Shown piece by piece: positions 1 to 13,275 of a DNA stretch of 64,000 nt. The position numbers and the translations under genes were made by a program. Source of the stretch: Octopus vulgaris (lineage: Eukaryota); contig OX597819.1 of assembly GCA_951406725.2 (NCBI GenBank), positions 32,550,001 through 32,614,000 on the forward strand, given 5' to 3'. The notes below the pieces were generated by a model that did no database searches, was not told where the DNA came from, and saw nothing but the letters and a program-made list of their open reading frames with translations. Position 1 is the stretch's first letter; every line of letters begins with the position of its first letter.

Positions 1-1344
1 CGAACCAAATCAAAGAAAAAGATTAACACATCTATAATACTTTAGTTATAGGTCTCCACATTCTAGGCAAATCTCGAAATTAAACAAACAAAAAAAAAAC
101 ACCAGTGAATTACAGGTATCATTTCCACACAATCTCTTTTAGCATCATATCTATTATGTTAAGTAAGGTAGGTGGGATTAAAAGTCCTGGTCAGAAATAA
201 AAAGACAAACCTTCTTCGGCAAATAGGAGCTCACGAACCCATGGACTCAGTGCTGTAACAGGTTAATAAGTCAGCCATTTTGAATTCTTTGATAGCAAAA
301 TTATAGGCTCGTAATTAGTGTGCAATTAAGAATGTGTAGGGAATAAATGTGTAAATTAGCGACATGTAATTAAAGAATGTGTAGGGAAAACTACGTATTG
401 TGTCATATCTAATTATGGATATATAATTAGAAACATAGAAACATTGATAGTTAAGAACATGTATAATTTCATATGTGTAATTAGGCAATTATAATTACAG
501 ATGTCTAATGAGGGATAAGTATAATTAGAATGTGTAATTAGGACTTCCGAAGCAATAGGTATCTGATAGGCAAAAGGTTATATAATATATTTTCTCGTCC
601 CTCTCCCATCTAAATCTTGATTATGGGGTTAGGTTCTTTGAACCTTAAAATATCATACTTGTTATCATTAGTCTAAAAACAATATTTCTTTAGATCGTAC
701 AATAAATAAAGAATCATTTACAAGAAAGGCTGTGAATATTTTGTGAGGGATACGAGAACAGCTGAAGCATACCTGGTCATACCTCTGGAGCAGCGTACAA
801 GTGTCACGTTCGGGTATTCAGGTATAACATAATTGAATTCATTGAAACAGAGGAACTTCATAACTCTTCCTTTTGCTGTTTCTTTCATCTTTTTATGTTT
901 TTCTTAACAATGGTCGTTATCATGATCATAACCACATGATTATGATTATAATTACGATAGTCGACGATGTCCACGTCATCGTAGCTGTTTGGCAAAAGTA
1001 ATTTATTAAATTCAATATCTGCTAAAAATGCGTTATATATGCAAATTGGTTTATTTGCTTTGCTTACGCCCTAAACATTCTGTCTCTGAAGATGTTGCAT
1101 ATAAAGGCAAGGACTCTATGTCCTGTAGTAAAGAATAGAATTAAACAAAACGCTGTTAACACACCAGTAATTTAACAATGTCTATGCGAATTATCAGGGA
1201 ATACCCTCTGGATAGCTAAGGTGGACAATACCAACCCAGACTACAGCTACGAATATCAATATATTAGTTATTTAGTATGTAAAGTAAATAATTTCCAATT
1301 TAACGTCGAATTTCTTATTTAATGCATAAAATTCTGTGTGGAAC

Positions 1345-2067
1345 TAGATTAACTCTATACAATTGTTTCATCGTTAATAGATTATGTAGTTTTACTTACA
1401 TAAGTATTTGTCCTGCTCGTTTACATTCTTGGCGTGTTAAATTAATTCTTGAGAACAATTCTTTAGTGGTGGATTCCCTTTGTGGATCTATATCTAGCGT
1501 TAGAGTGACCGCATGGTGGACTCGCTCTTATTGTTTTGTATTAATAATTTTTTACTGTATTCCAGTATTTTATACGCTAGGCCACTTGGGGTTTTGAATT
1601 GATGTTATTAATTAATATTCAATTTTTTCACCATTATTGTGACTTTAACTATAAATTAATATGTTCTCAAACCGGCAGTAAATTACTTGGGCAGTATTTA
1701 CATCCGGTGATTTAACGCGCCAGAATGAGGGCATTTGAATGTAACTGCGAATATAATCGGCTGTACCGTTCGTCTCTTTTCAACTTCGTGTGGATTTTGC
1801 CGCTCGGTTCGACAAATTATATTTCTGATGTACACTACTGACGATTCGAAAATACTTATGTAAGTAAAACTACATAATCTATTAACGATGAAACAATTGT
1901 ATAGAGTTAATCTATTTTTTCGTTATTTTTCATTTGTCCTGCTCGTTTACATTCTTGGCGTGTTAAATTAATTCTTGAGAACAATTCTTTAGTGGTGGAT
2001 TGCCTTTGCGGATCTATATCTAACGTTAGAGTGACCACATGGTGGACTCTCTCTTATTGTTTTGTAT
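1345..2067 (+). mobile_element. Penelope-like/retrozyme-like non-autonomous element (family P1) with direct and inverted partial terminal repeats
   Basis: Direct repeats 1406-1541 and 1932-2067. 1345-1409 is the reverse complement of 1850-1914. Hammerhead motif at 1832-1907. Ends in (TA)n. Homologous copy at 33201-33820. Confidence 0.65.
1832..1907 (+). ncRNA. Type I hammerhead ribozyme motif (slightly degenerate)
   Basis: ACACTA-CTGACGA-TTCG...CGAT-GAAAC-AATT-GTA-TAGAGT. One mismatch in stem I and a palindromic loop III. Confidence 0.65.
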
Positions 2068-2484
2068 ATATATATATATACACGACAGGCACCTTTCAGT
2101 TTCCGCCTACCAAATCCACTCATAATGTTTTGGTCAACCCGAGGTTATAGTAGTAGAAGACAATTAGCCAACGTGCCACACAGTGTGATTGAACCCGATC
2201 TGTAATTATTTATACAGTTGGATATATAACTAACTACATTACAACTAATCTTAAGAAACTGAGATTCAGAAAACCAGACATTACAACTTAAGAAATTGCA
2301 ATTACTGGCGATTAATGGAACTGTGAAAATATGTAAAACATTCCAGTTATTTAAATTATAATAAGTGCATTTACGCACAACGAATAATTGTATATACATT
2401 CGTCAAAACATACTAATACACACATATAATGATATCACTGCTGGTACACGTCGCGTACGCGAACAGACACATAAACAAACAAAT

Positions 2485-2850
2485 GCATACATGCGCACAT
2501 ACATACATACATACATACATACATACATGCATACATACATACAGATAAACATACCAACATACATACATACATATATACACACATACATATATACATACAT
2601 ACATATACCAAATGGCGGTGCCCCAGCATGGCCACAGCTAATAAGCTGAAACTAGAATCAATCAATCAATCATATACATACACACATACATACATACATA
2701 CATACATATATACATACAAACATATATACATACATACATATATACATACATACATATATACATACATATATACATACAAACATACATACATATATACATA
2801 CATACATACATACATACATACATACATACATACATACATACGTACATACA
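2485..2850. repeat. (CATA)n compound microsatellite
   Basis: Direct reading of tandem ACAT units, interrupted by a SINE-B fragment near 2611-2655. Confidence 0.95.
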
Positions 2851-3079
2851 GACGGAGAGGTGGACAGATGGAGACAAACAGATCAATAGAGAGAAAGAGA
2901 GATTAAGGGAGTGGGCGAGCGAGAGAGAGAGAGAATGATAAATAGGGAGAGTGAAAGACACCAATAGAGAAGATAGAGACAGACACAACTAAATCGATTG
3001 TTGTCAAAAGGAATCATATACACTCCTCGCTGCACATTTTAAATTACACAGTACAGTTAGAGGTAGTTAGAAACGCTAA

Positions 3080-3420
<341 letters not shown>

Positions 3421-3647
3421 TCATGTATGACCGGCAAGAGAAGCTGAGAAAAAGCAGTGAGTGGTGGAGAGAGGTAGAGACGGCACGGCACGGCGGCCAT
3501 GGTGTCCTATAAATAAGCAATGCAAAGGCATTGTTTACGTCTATTCAGTTTGTTGTCATCTAATGCTTGGTTTACTGAACACAGACATATTGGATCTAGA
3601 TTAAAGAACAGATAAAGGTAGGAAAATAGAAAGAAAGGGAAACAGAC

Positions 3648-3722
<75 letters not shown>
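3648..3722. repeat. (GATA)n microsatellite
   Basis: Direct reading. Confidence 0.95.
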
Positions 3723-3884
3723 AGTGTGCGTTGTGTCCTTGTATATAGGTGTAAATAAACACAGATGGACAGCTATATAAATACATAGAATATTTGGATA
3801 TATGTGTGTGAGCGTGCGTGCGTGCGTGTATCTTTATATGCATGTATGTACATATGTATGTATATATATATATATCATATATAT

Positions 3885-3915
<31 letters not shown>

Positions 3916-4020
3916 TACATACATATAACAACATAAATACACACACACACAAACACACGCATATGCATATATATACATACATATATAAACAGGTATATAT
4001 ATGTTAGGCGAGTGGACATT

Positions 4021-4147
<127 letters not shown>

Positions 4148-4639
4148 TACATATATAATATATATATATACATAGTGAGGAGAGAGACTAACAGACAGGC
4201 AGACAGACTGACAGATAAAGAGATAGACAAATCGAGTTAGACAATGAGTGATAGACAAAAGTTAAAACGAGTGAAAGAGGGGAGAGAGAGAAAGATAGAG
4301 AGACTGAAAAACAGATAGATAGTGAAAGATTGAGAGATATACAAATAAATGGAAAGTCGAAAACAGAAAAAAGTCAAAAAGATAAAGAGAGAGGGAGAGA
4401 GAGATGCAAACAGGAAGAGAGAGAGGGTGGAGAGAGAGAGTGGAGAGAGAGAGTGGAGAGAGAGATAAACGAAAGGAGAGAGAAATAGAAATGGTTAAAA
4501 AGAGGAGGAAATTTGAGTGATACAAATCAATCACGGTCGCATGGGATATATATATCTATCTGTGTACGTGTGTTTGCCACTGTACGTAGTTATGCATATG
4601 TGTTTGTGCGTGTGTATATTTATGTGCGCTTGCACGTGT

Positions 4640-4684
<45 letters not shown>

Positions 4685-4964
4685 CGCGTGTGACTTGTTG
4701 TACTCGTGCAGGTGTGCGTAGTTTTGCGCAGATGTGGGTTCTTGTGCATATGTGGCAGTTGCTGTGCTGCGCTGCATATGCGAGTTTGTGAGATGCTGGA
4801 TCGAGAGTGTACGTGTGTGCGTAGTGTGCATGCACGTGGGTGTATGTATGTATGTATACGTGTGTGTGCGTGTGTATATATATATATATAATATATATAA
4901 TATATATACGTGTGTGTTTACATATATATATATTTATATATATATATATATATATATATACGTT

Positions 4965-5008
<44 letters not shown>

Positions 5009-5432
5009 ATATTATATATACATGTGTGTATATATATGCGTGTGTGTGTGTATGTATATGATGATCAAGTTTGGTATGTGCCAACGTGTGAAACTCTCTG
5101 TCGTTGAGTCACTCTATTGTTTCTGTTAAATATTAATAGCCGAGTATTTAGAATATTACATAAGCGCGCGATATCACGTAGTGTATCGAATCTAAGACTT
5201 CCTGGTTGTGAATCTATGGCCTTCACTTGCAGCCGAGTCAAGTCAGACTCGGTGTTAGCATGAATCATGCCGTTTCCTGAGGATTTTAAGTGGTCCCATG
5301 CGGTCGTTGAGAAGGCATAGACAGCCTCTACATCCACATCAAAGATGTGACTGCCAGAGAGAATAAAGTACCATTGGCTGGTACTTTATGTAATCGATGT
5401 CGGAAGAATGAAAGGCGCTGGTGAAATCTGCG

Positions 5433-5475
<43 letters not shown>

Positions 5476-5934
5476 ATCGTAATTCCATTCGATTTAAAAA
5501 TGTTCCAATCCACCAGTGTCCGCAAAATCCGCGATGTATATCTACATATATTTAAGTCTACACCCATATACACATATAGGCACGCGCGACCACATAGACC
5601 TCCACACACACATACATACACATACGCACACACACACACACACACACACATGCAAACTAAATGGTGTTGCCTAGAGAGCAGGTGATTCAATTGGTGAACG
5701 GTTTCTTGAAACTATATCGTGGTAAACGTTGTAATTGAGGGAATGTAGCCCCGGGTAAACCTGAGATAGCTTTACTATGACGTGTTAGATAGTCGAGCGT
5801 GGAATGTGAACAAATCCACTATTTCAGATATTCTTCGATTTCACGTTATTAAGAATACTACTGTATATGTCAATGGTTTATATTGTGGCAAGTTGGCAAG
5901 GTTGATATTTCCTATCTCACCCTATGCCCTATAT

Positions 5935-6212
5935 TCTTTTATTCTTTTACTTGTTTCGATCATTTGACTGCAGCCATTCTAGAACACCGACTTTTCAAGG
6001 GTGTTTTAGTGTTTCACACACACACTCACATACATACATACATATGACGGGCTTCAATGAGTTTCTATCAGTTCCAAATCCACTCATAAGGCTTTGGTCG
6101 GTCCGAGGCTATAATAGAAGACACTTGCCCAAGGTGCTACGCAAGAGGACTGAACCCCGAACTATGTGGTTGGGAAGTAAGCTTCTTACCACAGAGCCAC
6201 ACCCGCACCTAT
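5935..6212 (-). mobile_element. SINE family B (tRNA-like head, CORE-like block), internally deleted
   Basis: Reverse complement matches the head ggtgcgggtgtggctctgtggtaagaagc, the ccttgggcaagtgtc block and the gtaaaaga tail seen in other copies. Confidence 0.8.
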
Positions 6213-6228
6213 ATTTTTCTGTATACCT

Positions 6229-6458
6229 ATTTCTTTACTACCCACAAGGGGCTAAACACAGAGGGGACAAACAAGGACAGACATAGGTATTAAGTCGATT
6301 ACATCGACCCCAGTGCGTAACTGGTACTTAATTTATCGACCCCGAAAGGATGAAAGGCAAAGTCGACCTCGGCGGAATTTGAACTCACAACGTAGCGGCA
6401 GACGAAATACCGTTAAGCATTTCGCCCGGCGCGCTAACGTTTCTGCCAGCTCGCCGCC
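6229..6458 (-). mobile_element. SINE family A, full length
   Basis: Head GGCGGCGAGCTGGCAGAAACG, box B GAGTTCAAATTCC, central GCCTTTCATCCTTTCGGGGTCGATAAA block. 13-bp TSD TTTCTGTATACCT at 6216-6228 and 6459-6471. Confidence 0.9.
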
Positions 6459-6775
6459 TTTCTGTATACCTGTTGTCGTTGTCATCGTCGCCGTTGCTGT
6501 TTTTAGACCTATGATCGGAAGTGTTCGAAATGCGACCGTCCGGTAATTTTGCAATCTTGGCATCATGTGGAATGTGTCCTTTAAATGCAACAAATAATGT
6601 TGATTAGTAATTTTCCTCTGTTATCTCATTGTATTCCTGTTGATATTGTTGTTCTATCAAGACTAAACCAATTATTTACGAGTAAACAAACAAAAAAAAA
6701 CCAACAACAAAAAAGGTAACAAACCAAAAATAAACAAATGCGCACTTTAATTTTAACTCCCTGCTGTCTATATAA

Positions 6776-6996
6776 GGCGGCGAGCTGGCAGAAACGTTAG
6801 CACGCTGGGCGAAATGCGTAGCTGTATTTCGTCTGCCGTTACGTTCTGAGTTCAAATTCCGCCGAGGTCGACTTTGCCTTTCATCCTTTCGGGGTCGATA
6901 AATTAAGTACCAGTTACGTACTGGGGTCGACGTAATCCGTTTGTCTGTCCTTGTTTGTCCCCTCTGTGTGTAGCCTCTTGTGGATAGTAAAGAAAT
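6776..6996 (+). mobile_element. SINE family A, full length
   Basis: Same head, box B and central block as 6229-6458, in opposite orientation. Confidence 0.9.
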
Positions 6997-7256
6997 CTAT
7001 ATATATAAAAATTCCGAAGACGGAAAGTGTCACAGAAGAGGTCACAGATGTGTGACGAAAGATCGCTGAACAATAGACATGATTTAGCAATAGAACGGTA
7101 ATAAACAAATAAAAAACGAATATATAGTGCGTATGTTTATTTGGCCAAAAAAAATCATAAACATCCCGAAATACAATATATATATATTAGAATTATGTAT
7201 ACGGTTAAGCGTGTATATGTAAATATGTGTGTGTGTGTATAATGGTATAATGTATG

Positions 7257-7384
7257 CATGATTCCGGGTTCAGTCCCACTGCGTGGCATCTTGGGCAAGT
7301 GTCTTCTGCTATAGCCCCGGGCCGACCAATGCCTCGTGAGTGGATTCGGTAGACGGAAACTGAAAGAAGCCTCTCGTATATATG

Positions 7385-7415
<31 letters not shown>

Positions 7416-7631
7416 TTGTGTGTCTGTGTTTGTCCCCCTAGCATTGCCTGACAACCGATGCTGGTGTGTTTACGTCCCCGTCACTTAGCGGTTTGGCAAA
7501 AGAGACCGATAGAATAAGTACTGGGCTTACAAAGAATAAGTTCCGGGGTCGATTTGCTCGACTAAAGGCGATGCTCCAGCATGGCCGCAGTCGAATGACT
7601 GAAACAAGTAAAAGAGAGTAAAAAGAGAGTA
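7257..7631 (+). mobile_element. SINE family B (5'-truncated) with internal (TA)/(TG) microsatellite and (GTAAAAGA)n-like tail
   Basis: ccgggttcagtcccactgcgtggcatcttgggcaagt ... cagcatggccgcagtc ... aagtaaaagag. Confidence 0.85.
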
Positions 7632-7639
7632 TTCAACTA

Positions 7640-8120
7640 CAGTAGTAGTTAAATAATATTAAGGTTGCAATTTACTCACATGCAGTATCTTCCACAACTT
7701 TGTCGTCGCTAATTCAGTTCTTAATGAAATTGAAAATTGTTAACATTTTTGACGAGAACTGGTCCTTAGCTACATTTTAGCATAAAAAAATGGAGATCTG
7801 GCCTAGTAGAAAAAAAGTTTATATCAAAATTTGTAGCAATATTATAGGAGAGTAAGTAACGCCACCAATCAAGTTTAGATCTAAATCACTTTTCTTTTTT
7901 ATTCTAAAAGCAAAATATACTTATCTTAGCTTCAGTGATAGACGAAAGCATGAGGGATGTCATAGTTTTGGTCCCATGCAACACAAATTTATATGAAAAA
8001 AAGTTGTTAGCAAAAATATGAAAAAAAATTTAAGCAAGGCAAAAAATTGGATTTAAGAATAATGAAATTTTTTTAAATTTTAACAACAAACTATATTTTT
8101 TATTCAGCTTAAGTGATAGT
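7640..8120. repeat. Unclassified AT-rich interspersed repeat, homologous to 25181-25640
   Basis: Shared blocks atttactcaca..., tcttccacaactttgtcg, ctaattcagttcttaa, ggtcccatgcaaca and aattggatttaag in the same order. Confidence 0.75.
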
Positions 8121-9031
8121 TCCCAATAAAAATACTTGCTTGTCTCTATAAAGAAGCTGAAGAAATTAAGAGAGTGGGAAGGGATGGATACAAAGAAAGA
8201 CAGAGAGAAAGAGGGAGATTGATAGAGAGGGGGCAGAGACAAGAAGAAGAAAGGGGAAAGATGAGCGAGATTCTACGTGATTGTGACCTACTAAAAATGA
8301 CAATGTGATCTTACAATACAGGCTCTTTAAAAATGACGAAAAATATATTGGAAATTGATTACGCACTGTCAGTAAAAGACGGAATGGCCACTACTGGAAC
8401 GTCTATAGATCTATTAGATCCGGACTGACTTGGGGTTAAATAATAACAATTACCAATATCTTGTATTGGTTAATGCCGAGATGCTTAACTATATGCTAAC
8501 ATTCCTATAGCAACGATATCGTATATTATTTTATTTTGAAGATATCCTCTAGTATTTGATTCTTCTAGTATCTGATGTATTCTGGTCTGATCTTTTGTGT
8601 GATATTTGCTTTGATGGGTGATATTTCCTTTAAGTACTGAACACGTGCAATGTCGGTACCGGCATTGTTTGACTGCCATCGATGGCGAAACTTCGAAGTT
8701 ACATTCGATAAAATTTTGACACTACTACTGTAGTAAGTCCTTTTTCCAGTTAATATTCTGTATCATAGATTATTATATTTTATGATTGTATACTTATCCC
8801 TGAGAGATGTACTCACACATAGATGCATATACACATACATACATGCATTCATACATACATACATGCATGCATACATACATACATACATACATACATACAT
8901 ACATACATACATACATACATACATACATACATACATACATACATACATACATACATACATGCAAGTAAAATTCATGACAGATTAATTTAATTCATTTCAA
9001 TTTGAATTTCTTTTTCTTTACCATGACTAAA

Positions 9032-9195
9032 TCGACTTTGCCTTTCATCCTTTCGGGGTCGATAAATTAAGTACCAGTTACGCACTGGGGTCAATATAAT
9101 CGACTTAATCCGTTTGTCTGTCCTTGTTTGTCCCCTCTGTGTTTAGCCCCTTGTGGGTAGTAAAGAAATAGGTATACAGAAAAATATAGGTGCGG
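9032..9195 (+). mobile_element. SINE family A 3' half carrying the flank of the 6229 copy
   Basis: Central block and tail present. 9161-9195 equals the reverse complement of 6203-6237. Confidence 0.85.
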
Positions 9196-9341
9196 TTGAA
9201 TAATTTAATAGAAATATAAATACAATTCTCTTTAACACGTGATACCGTGCTAAATGCATTTTCTTCTTTTCTCCTTTTGTAAAATAAATTTACTCGTGTA
9301 AAAACCTCCTAATCTTTTCATCATATAGATGAGGCTGTATA

Positions 9342-9669
9342 TATGCGCAGACGTGACTGTGTTGTAAGAAGCTTCCCGATTGTGGGTCCAGTCCCACTGC
9401 GTTGCACCTTGGGCATGTTGCTTCTGCTATAGCTAGGGCCGACTAAAGTCTTGTGAGTGGATTTGGTAGACGGAAACTAACAAAAGTGTTTGTTCCCCAC
9501 TCCCGCATTGACAACCGGTGTTGATTCCTTTATGTCCCCGTAACGTAGCGGTTCGGCAACAGTCCGATGAGATAAGTACCAAGCTTTATAAAAATAAGTT
9601 CTGGGGTGATTCATTCGATTACAGATTCTTCCAGGCGATGTCCCAACATGGTGGTGGTCTAATGACTGC

Positions 9670-9670
<1 letters not shown>
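9342..9670 (+). mobile_element. SINE family B, degenerate
   Basis: agtcccactgcgttgcaccttgggca ... gtgagtggatttggtagacggaaac ... gcggttcggcaa. Confidence 0.75.
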
Positions 9671-9726
<56 letters not shown>

Positions 9727-10064
9727 TGTGTGTGTGTGCATATGTGTGTGTATGTGTGTATGTATGTATGTAAGCGCGCATGTATTTATATTTACATGCA
9801 GGTGATTGTGTTTGCACATGCGTATGAGTGTGCAATTTGGTGAATATGCATATACGTGTGTGTAACAAGGAGAAGACTGAAGGAGACTATGAGAGAGAGA
9901 GCGAGAGAGTGAGTGAGTGAGAGAAAGAGAGAGAAAAGTGCGATATATCAATATACGTCTTGTTGACTAGACGGATGCGTGCATCTAAATACTAGTTTGC
10001 TATCGTTTATTTTTGTCGGCATTTTATTTTAAGCCAGGACAAATATCGAAAACGCGGTTGCTTA

Positions 10065-10119
<55 letters not shown>

Positions 10120-10120
10120 G

Positions 10121-10205
<85 letters not shown>

Positions 10206-11079
10206 GTTTTATTTTATAGATCTCTTGTTATTAGAGACCTGTTTATAGTTAGTTGTCTTGTGAAAGACCTTGGTGAAATGCTGCCGGTTATAGTCTGGCA
10301 TAAAATAGCATCGCTATAGATATAAGTCTGTAGATGTATTCTGTCTGGTTCTCTGATGTCATTTCGTTTAGTTTCACATTCAACAAAACATCACAAACCT
10401 ATTAAATGAAGGTTACTAATACCTGCCAAAGAAATTACCGCTTCTATGTCGTCTGTTAAACGCTTACAATACAATATTTTGCAAAGTTGCCAATAAACCT
10501 CACGTATTTTATTTTTATCGTTCAGTTATTATCTTTTTTATGTAATTATTTATTCTGTTAGTTTTTAACGATTGTATCAATGTATTAGTCAGGAATAGAT
10601 TTTTTTTTTTTATCCATGCACCTTGAATGTTACATCTAACTAAGTATATTTGGTCGTATTCTGTTTGTCCTTTTTCAATTTCCATTTTTTCCTTCTTTTT
10701 TTTTTTTCGTTTTGCTAATTCACTTTAACTATACATATTGGTTACAGTTGAAAGTCCGTAATAGATTTATCAGCATTTTGTAAAAAAAAAAAAAAGAAAA
10801 AAGAAAAAGAAAAGAAAAAAGAAAAGGAAAAGAAGAAAAGAAAAAAAGGTAGGCTCTGAAACGGCGACAGCATAGGAACCGACTTGCTAAATTTGCTATT
10901 TATAAAATAACTGAGTGTGTTTTGGTATTTTTGGAAAAAAAGGAATGCTTCACTCTATGAGGAAGTTGGAAATAAGTTTCGACGAGTGATATGCAGTAAC
11001 GGTGGCTATTGATAGCAATGATATCTGAAAGTTCTACATGTTCATACACCACATACACGGATATATATATGTGCATATA

Positions 11080-11500
11080 TACATACATATATGTGCATTC
11101 TTACATATATATGTATATATATGCATATATGGGTACAGAACGACACAAAAGGTAAACAACATGAAATACGAAGGCAAGCTTGGGTATGCGAACAACGAGA
11201 GAAACAAATGGAAAACAAGGCAAGTAACATAACGAACGACCCTTCAGCAGTTTTCGGCTGCTCATCTACTACAAATTTCGAGCAATTAACGTTAATTGTT
11301 CGAAATATGGACTAGAGGAACAGCCAAAAACTGATGAAGGGCCGTTCGTTATGTTACTTGTCATGTTTTCCATTTGTTTCTCTCGTTGTTCCCATGTCCA
11401 AGCTTGCCTTCGTATTTCATGTTTACGTTTTGTGATGTCCTGTACCCATATATGCATATATGCATGTATATATACATATATATGTAAGTATGTACATATA
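11080..11500. repeat. Long fold-back palindrome embedded in a (TA)/(TATG) tract
   Basis: Arms ~11121-11290 and ~11291-11448 are reverse complements centred on AATTAACGTTAATT. The ORF track shows mirror peptides on both strands. Confidence 0.9.
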
Positions 11501-11516
11501 TGTATAAATGTATATA

Positions 11517-11570
<54 letters not shown>

Positions 11571-11699
11571 TACACATAAATATATGTATATATGTATGTA
11601 ATATATATAGATATTTATATCTATGTACGTATATATGTATGCATTAATGTCTGAATTTATATATGTGTGTGCGCGTACGTGCGTGTATGTGTACGTGCT

Positions 11700-11760
<61 letters not shown>

Positions 11761-11960
11761 CATACCCCCTTACCCACAGTTTACACAGGCAGAGTAGAAT
11801 AGTTAGTGGGCTGTTATATAGATAGATAGATGTATGTTTGTGTGTATGCACATGTATGTAAGCATAAGGATATGAAAATAAACAGATCAACATACAGACG
11901 GATAGGTACATTGGTTATAAGATCAGACAAGCACACATACACAAATGGAAACTGAAACAC

Positions 11961-13190
11961 ATGACCATCCTTAAGAAAAGTATGATGCTCCACCTCCTAA
12001 ACACAGCCTCTATCTCTGATTCCCAACACGGCTTCGTGCCGAAGAGATCATGCTTGACCAACTTACTAGTAATGGAAGAATTGGTGACGCGCATCCTCGA
12101 TGATAGTGATGCTGTTGACATCGTTTTACTGGACTTTGCCAAAGCTTTTGACTCGGTAAACCACCGCCTATTACTTGTCAAGCTTCAAGCATATAGTTTC
12201 CATCCAGATATTGTACGATGGGTTGGTGCCTTCCTCTCAGATCGCTCCTTCCAAGTCCAAGTTAATGGTTCGCGGTCCGACGTCTCCAGTGCGAGCAGTG
12301 GCGTGCCTCAAGGTTCAGTGCTTGGGCCCTTGTTGTTCTTAGTCTTCATAAATGACTTGCCCGACAACCTCACGCAACACACCCTTCTATTTGCCGACGA
12401 TATCAAACTGGTCGCTCCTCGCGGCAATATAGAGGATCTTCGTCGATGCCTCCACCAAATTTGGAAGTGGTCTAACGATTGGGACCTGTGTCTGAACGTG
12501 TCAAAGTGCTGTCATCTGCCTGTCGGCTCTACTCCTGCAACTCAACTTGATTTCGAGCCGGGTAGTCTGCTGCTGGAGAGGACCGATCAGGTAAAGGACC
12601 TAGGTATCTTGGTGGATTCCTCCTTTTCGCCTTCGGCCCAGTGCGTCCATGCTGCCAACAAAGCACGCGGAATTCTGTTCTTGATTCGACGGTCATTCGG
12701 AATGCTCACAGCAGCCATATTCCTACCACTCTATGTCACGCTGGTGAGACCCATATTGGAGTATGGGATTCAAGCCTCTTCTCCTTATCTCCTCAAAGAC
12801 ATACAGCATCTCGAAAGAGTCCAGAAGCTGGCTACCCGCATGGTTCATGGTCTCAAAAATTTGTCCTACGAAGAAAGGCTGAGGACGCTCGACCTTTATT
12901 CTCTTGAAAAACGCCGCCGCCGTGGTGATCTCATTCTCGCCCACAACATCATAAGCGGAAAGTGTAACCTCTCGAAAGAGCTGTTCTTCACTCTTGCTCC
13001 AGAGCGTCGGCTGCGGGGTCATTCCGAAAAGCTCTACCTGCGACGATTTCATCTCAATCGAAGGAGAGGAGCTTTCTCCGTCCGGGTTGCGGATCCGTGG
13101 AACAAGCTGCCAGACGAGATGGTGAAGATGCCGACGACCGCTTTGTTCAAAGCCTCCCTTGACCTCAAGTGGCTTGAACTCTTTACATGA
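11961..13190 (+). CDS. Reverse transcriptase (ORF2 C-terminal part) of a 5'-truncated CR1-group LINE
   Basis: 409-aa open frame with QHGF, LDFAKAFDSV, SGVPQGSVLGPLLF, FADDIK and the CR1-type tail LERVQ..ATR..L.YEERL..L.L.SLE.RR.RGDLI ... RV...WN.LP. Confidence 0.9.
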   Translation: MTILKKSMMLHLLNTASISDSQHGFVPKRSCLTNLLVMEELVTRILDDSDAVDIVLLDFAKAFDSVNHRLLLVKLQAYSFHPDIVRWVGAFLSDRSFQVQVNGSRSDVSSASSGVPQGSVLGPLLFLVFINDLPDNLTQHTLLFADDIKLVAPRGNIEDLRRCLHQIWKWSNDWDLCLNVSKCCHLPVGSTPATQLDFEPGSLLLERTDQVKDLGILVDSSFSPSAQCVHAANKARGILFLIRRSFGMLTAAIFLPLYVTLVRPILEYGIQASSPYLLKDIQHLERVQKLATRMVHGLKNLSYEERLRTLDLYSLEKRRRRGDLILAHNIISGKCNLSKELFFTLAPERRLRGHSEKLYLRRFHLNRRRGAFSVRVADPWNKLPDEMVKMPTTALFKASLDLKWLELFT

Positions 13191-13274
13191 ACACCACCCT
13201 GTACTTAACTCCATGTCCCCCTACATGGCTTTGCTATTTGCTTTTGAGCCAAATTAACTAACTAACTAACTAAC
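11963..13274 (+). mobile_element. 5'-truncated CR1-group LINE with (TAAC)n tail
   Basis: RT ORF, short 3' UTR, (TAAC)n tail ending ~13274. Possible 4-bp ACAT duplication at 11959-11962 and 13273-13276. Confidence 0.9.
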
Positions 13275-13275
13275 A

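Noticed and set aside
11331-11350. CTGATGA in the palindrome arm
   Set aside because: No downstream stem II or GAAA, and the other arm reads CTGCTGA.
12723-13214. 163-aa minus-strand ORF
   Set aside because: Antisense shadow of the LINE RT.
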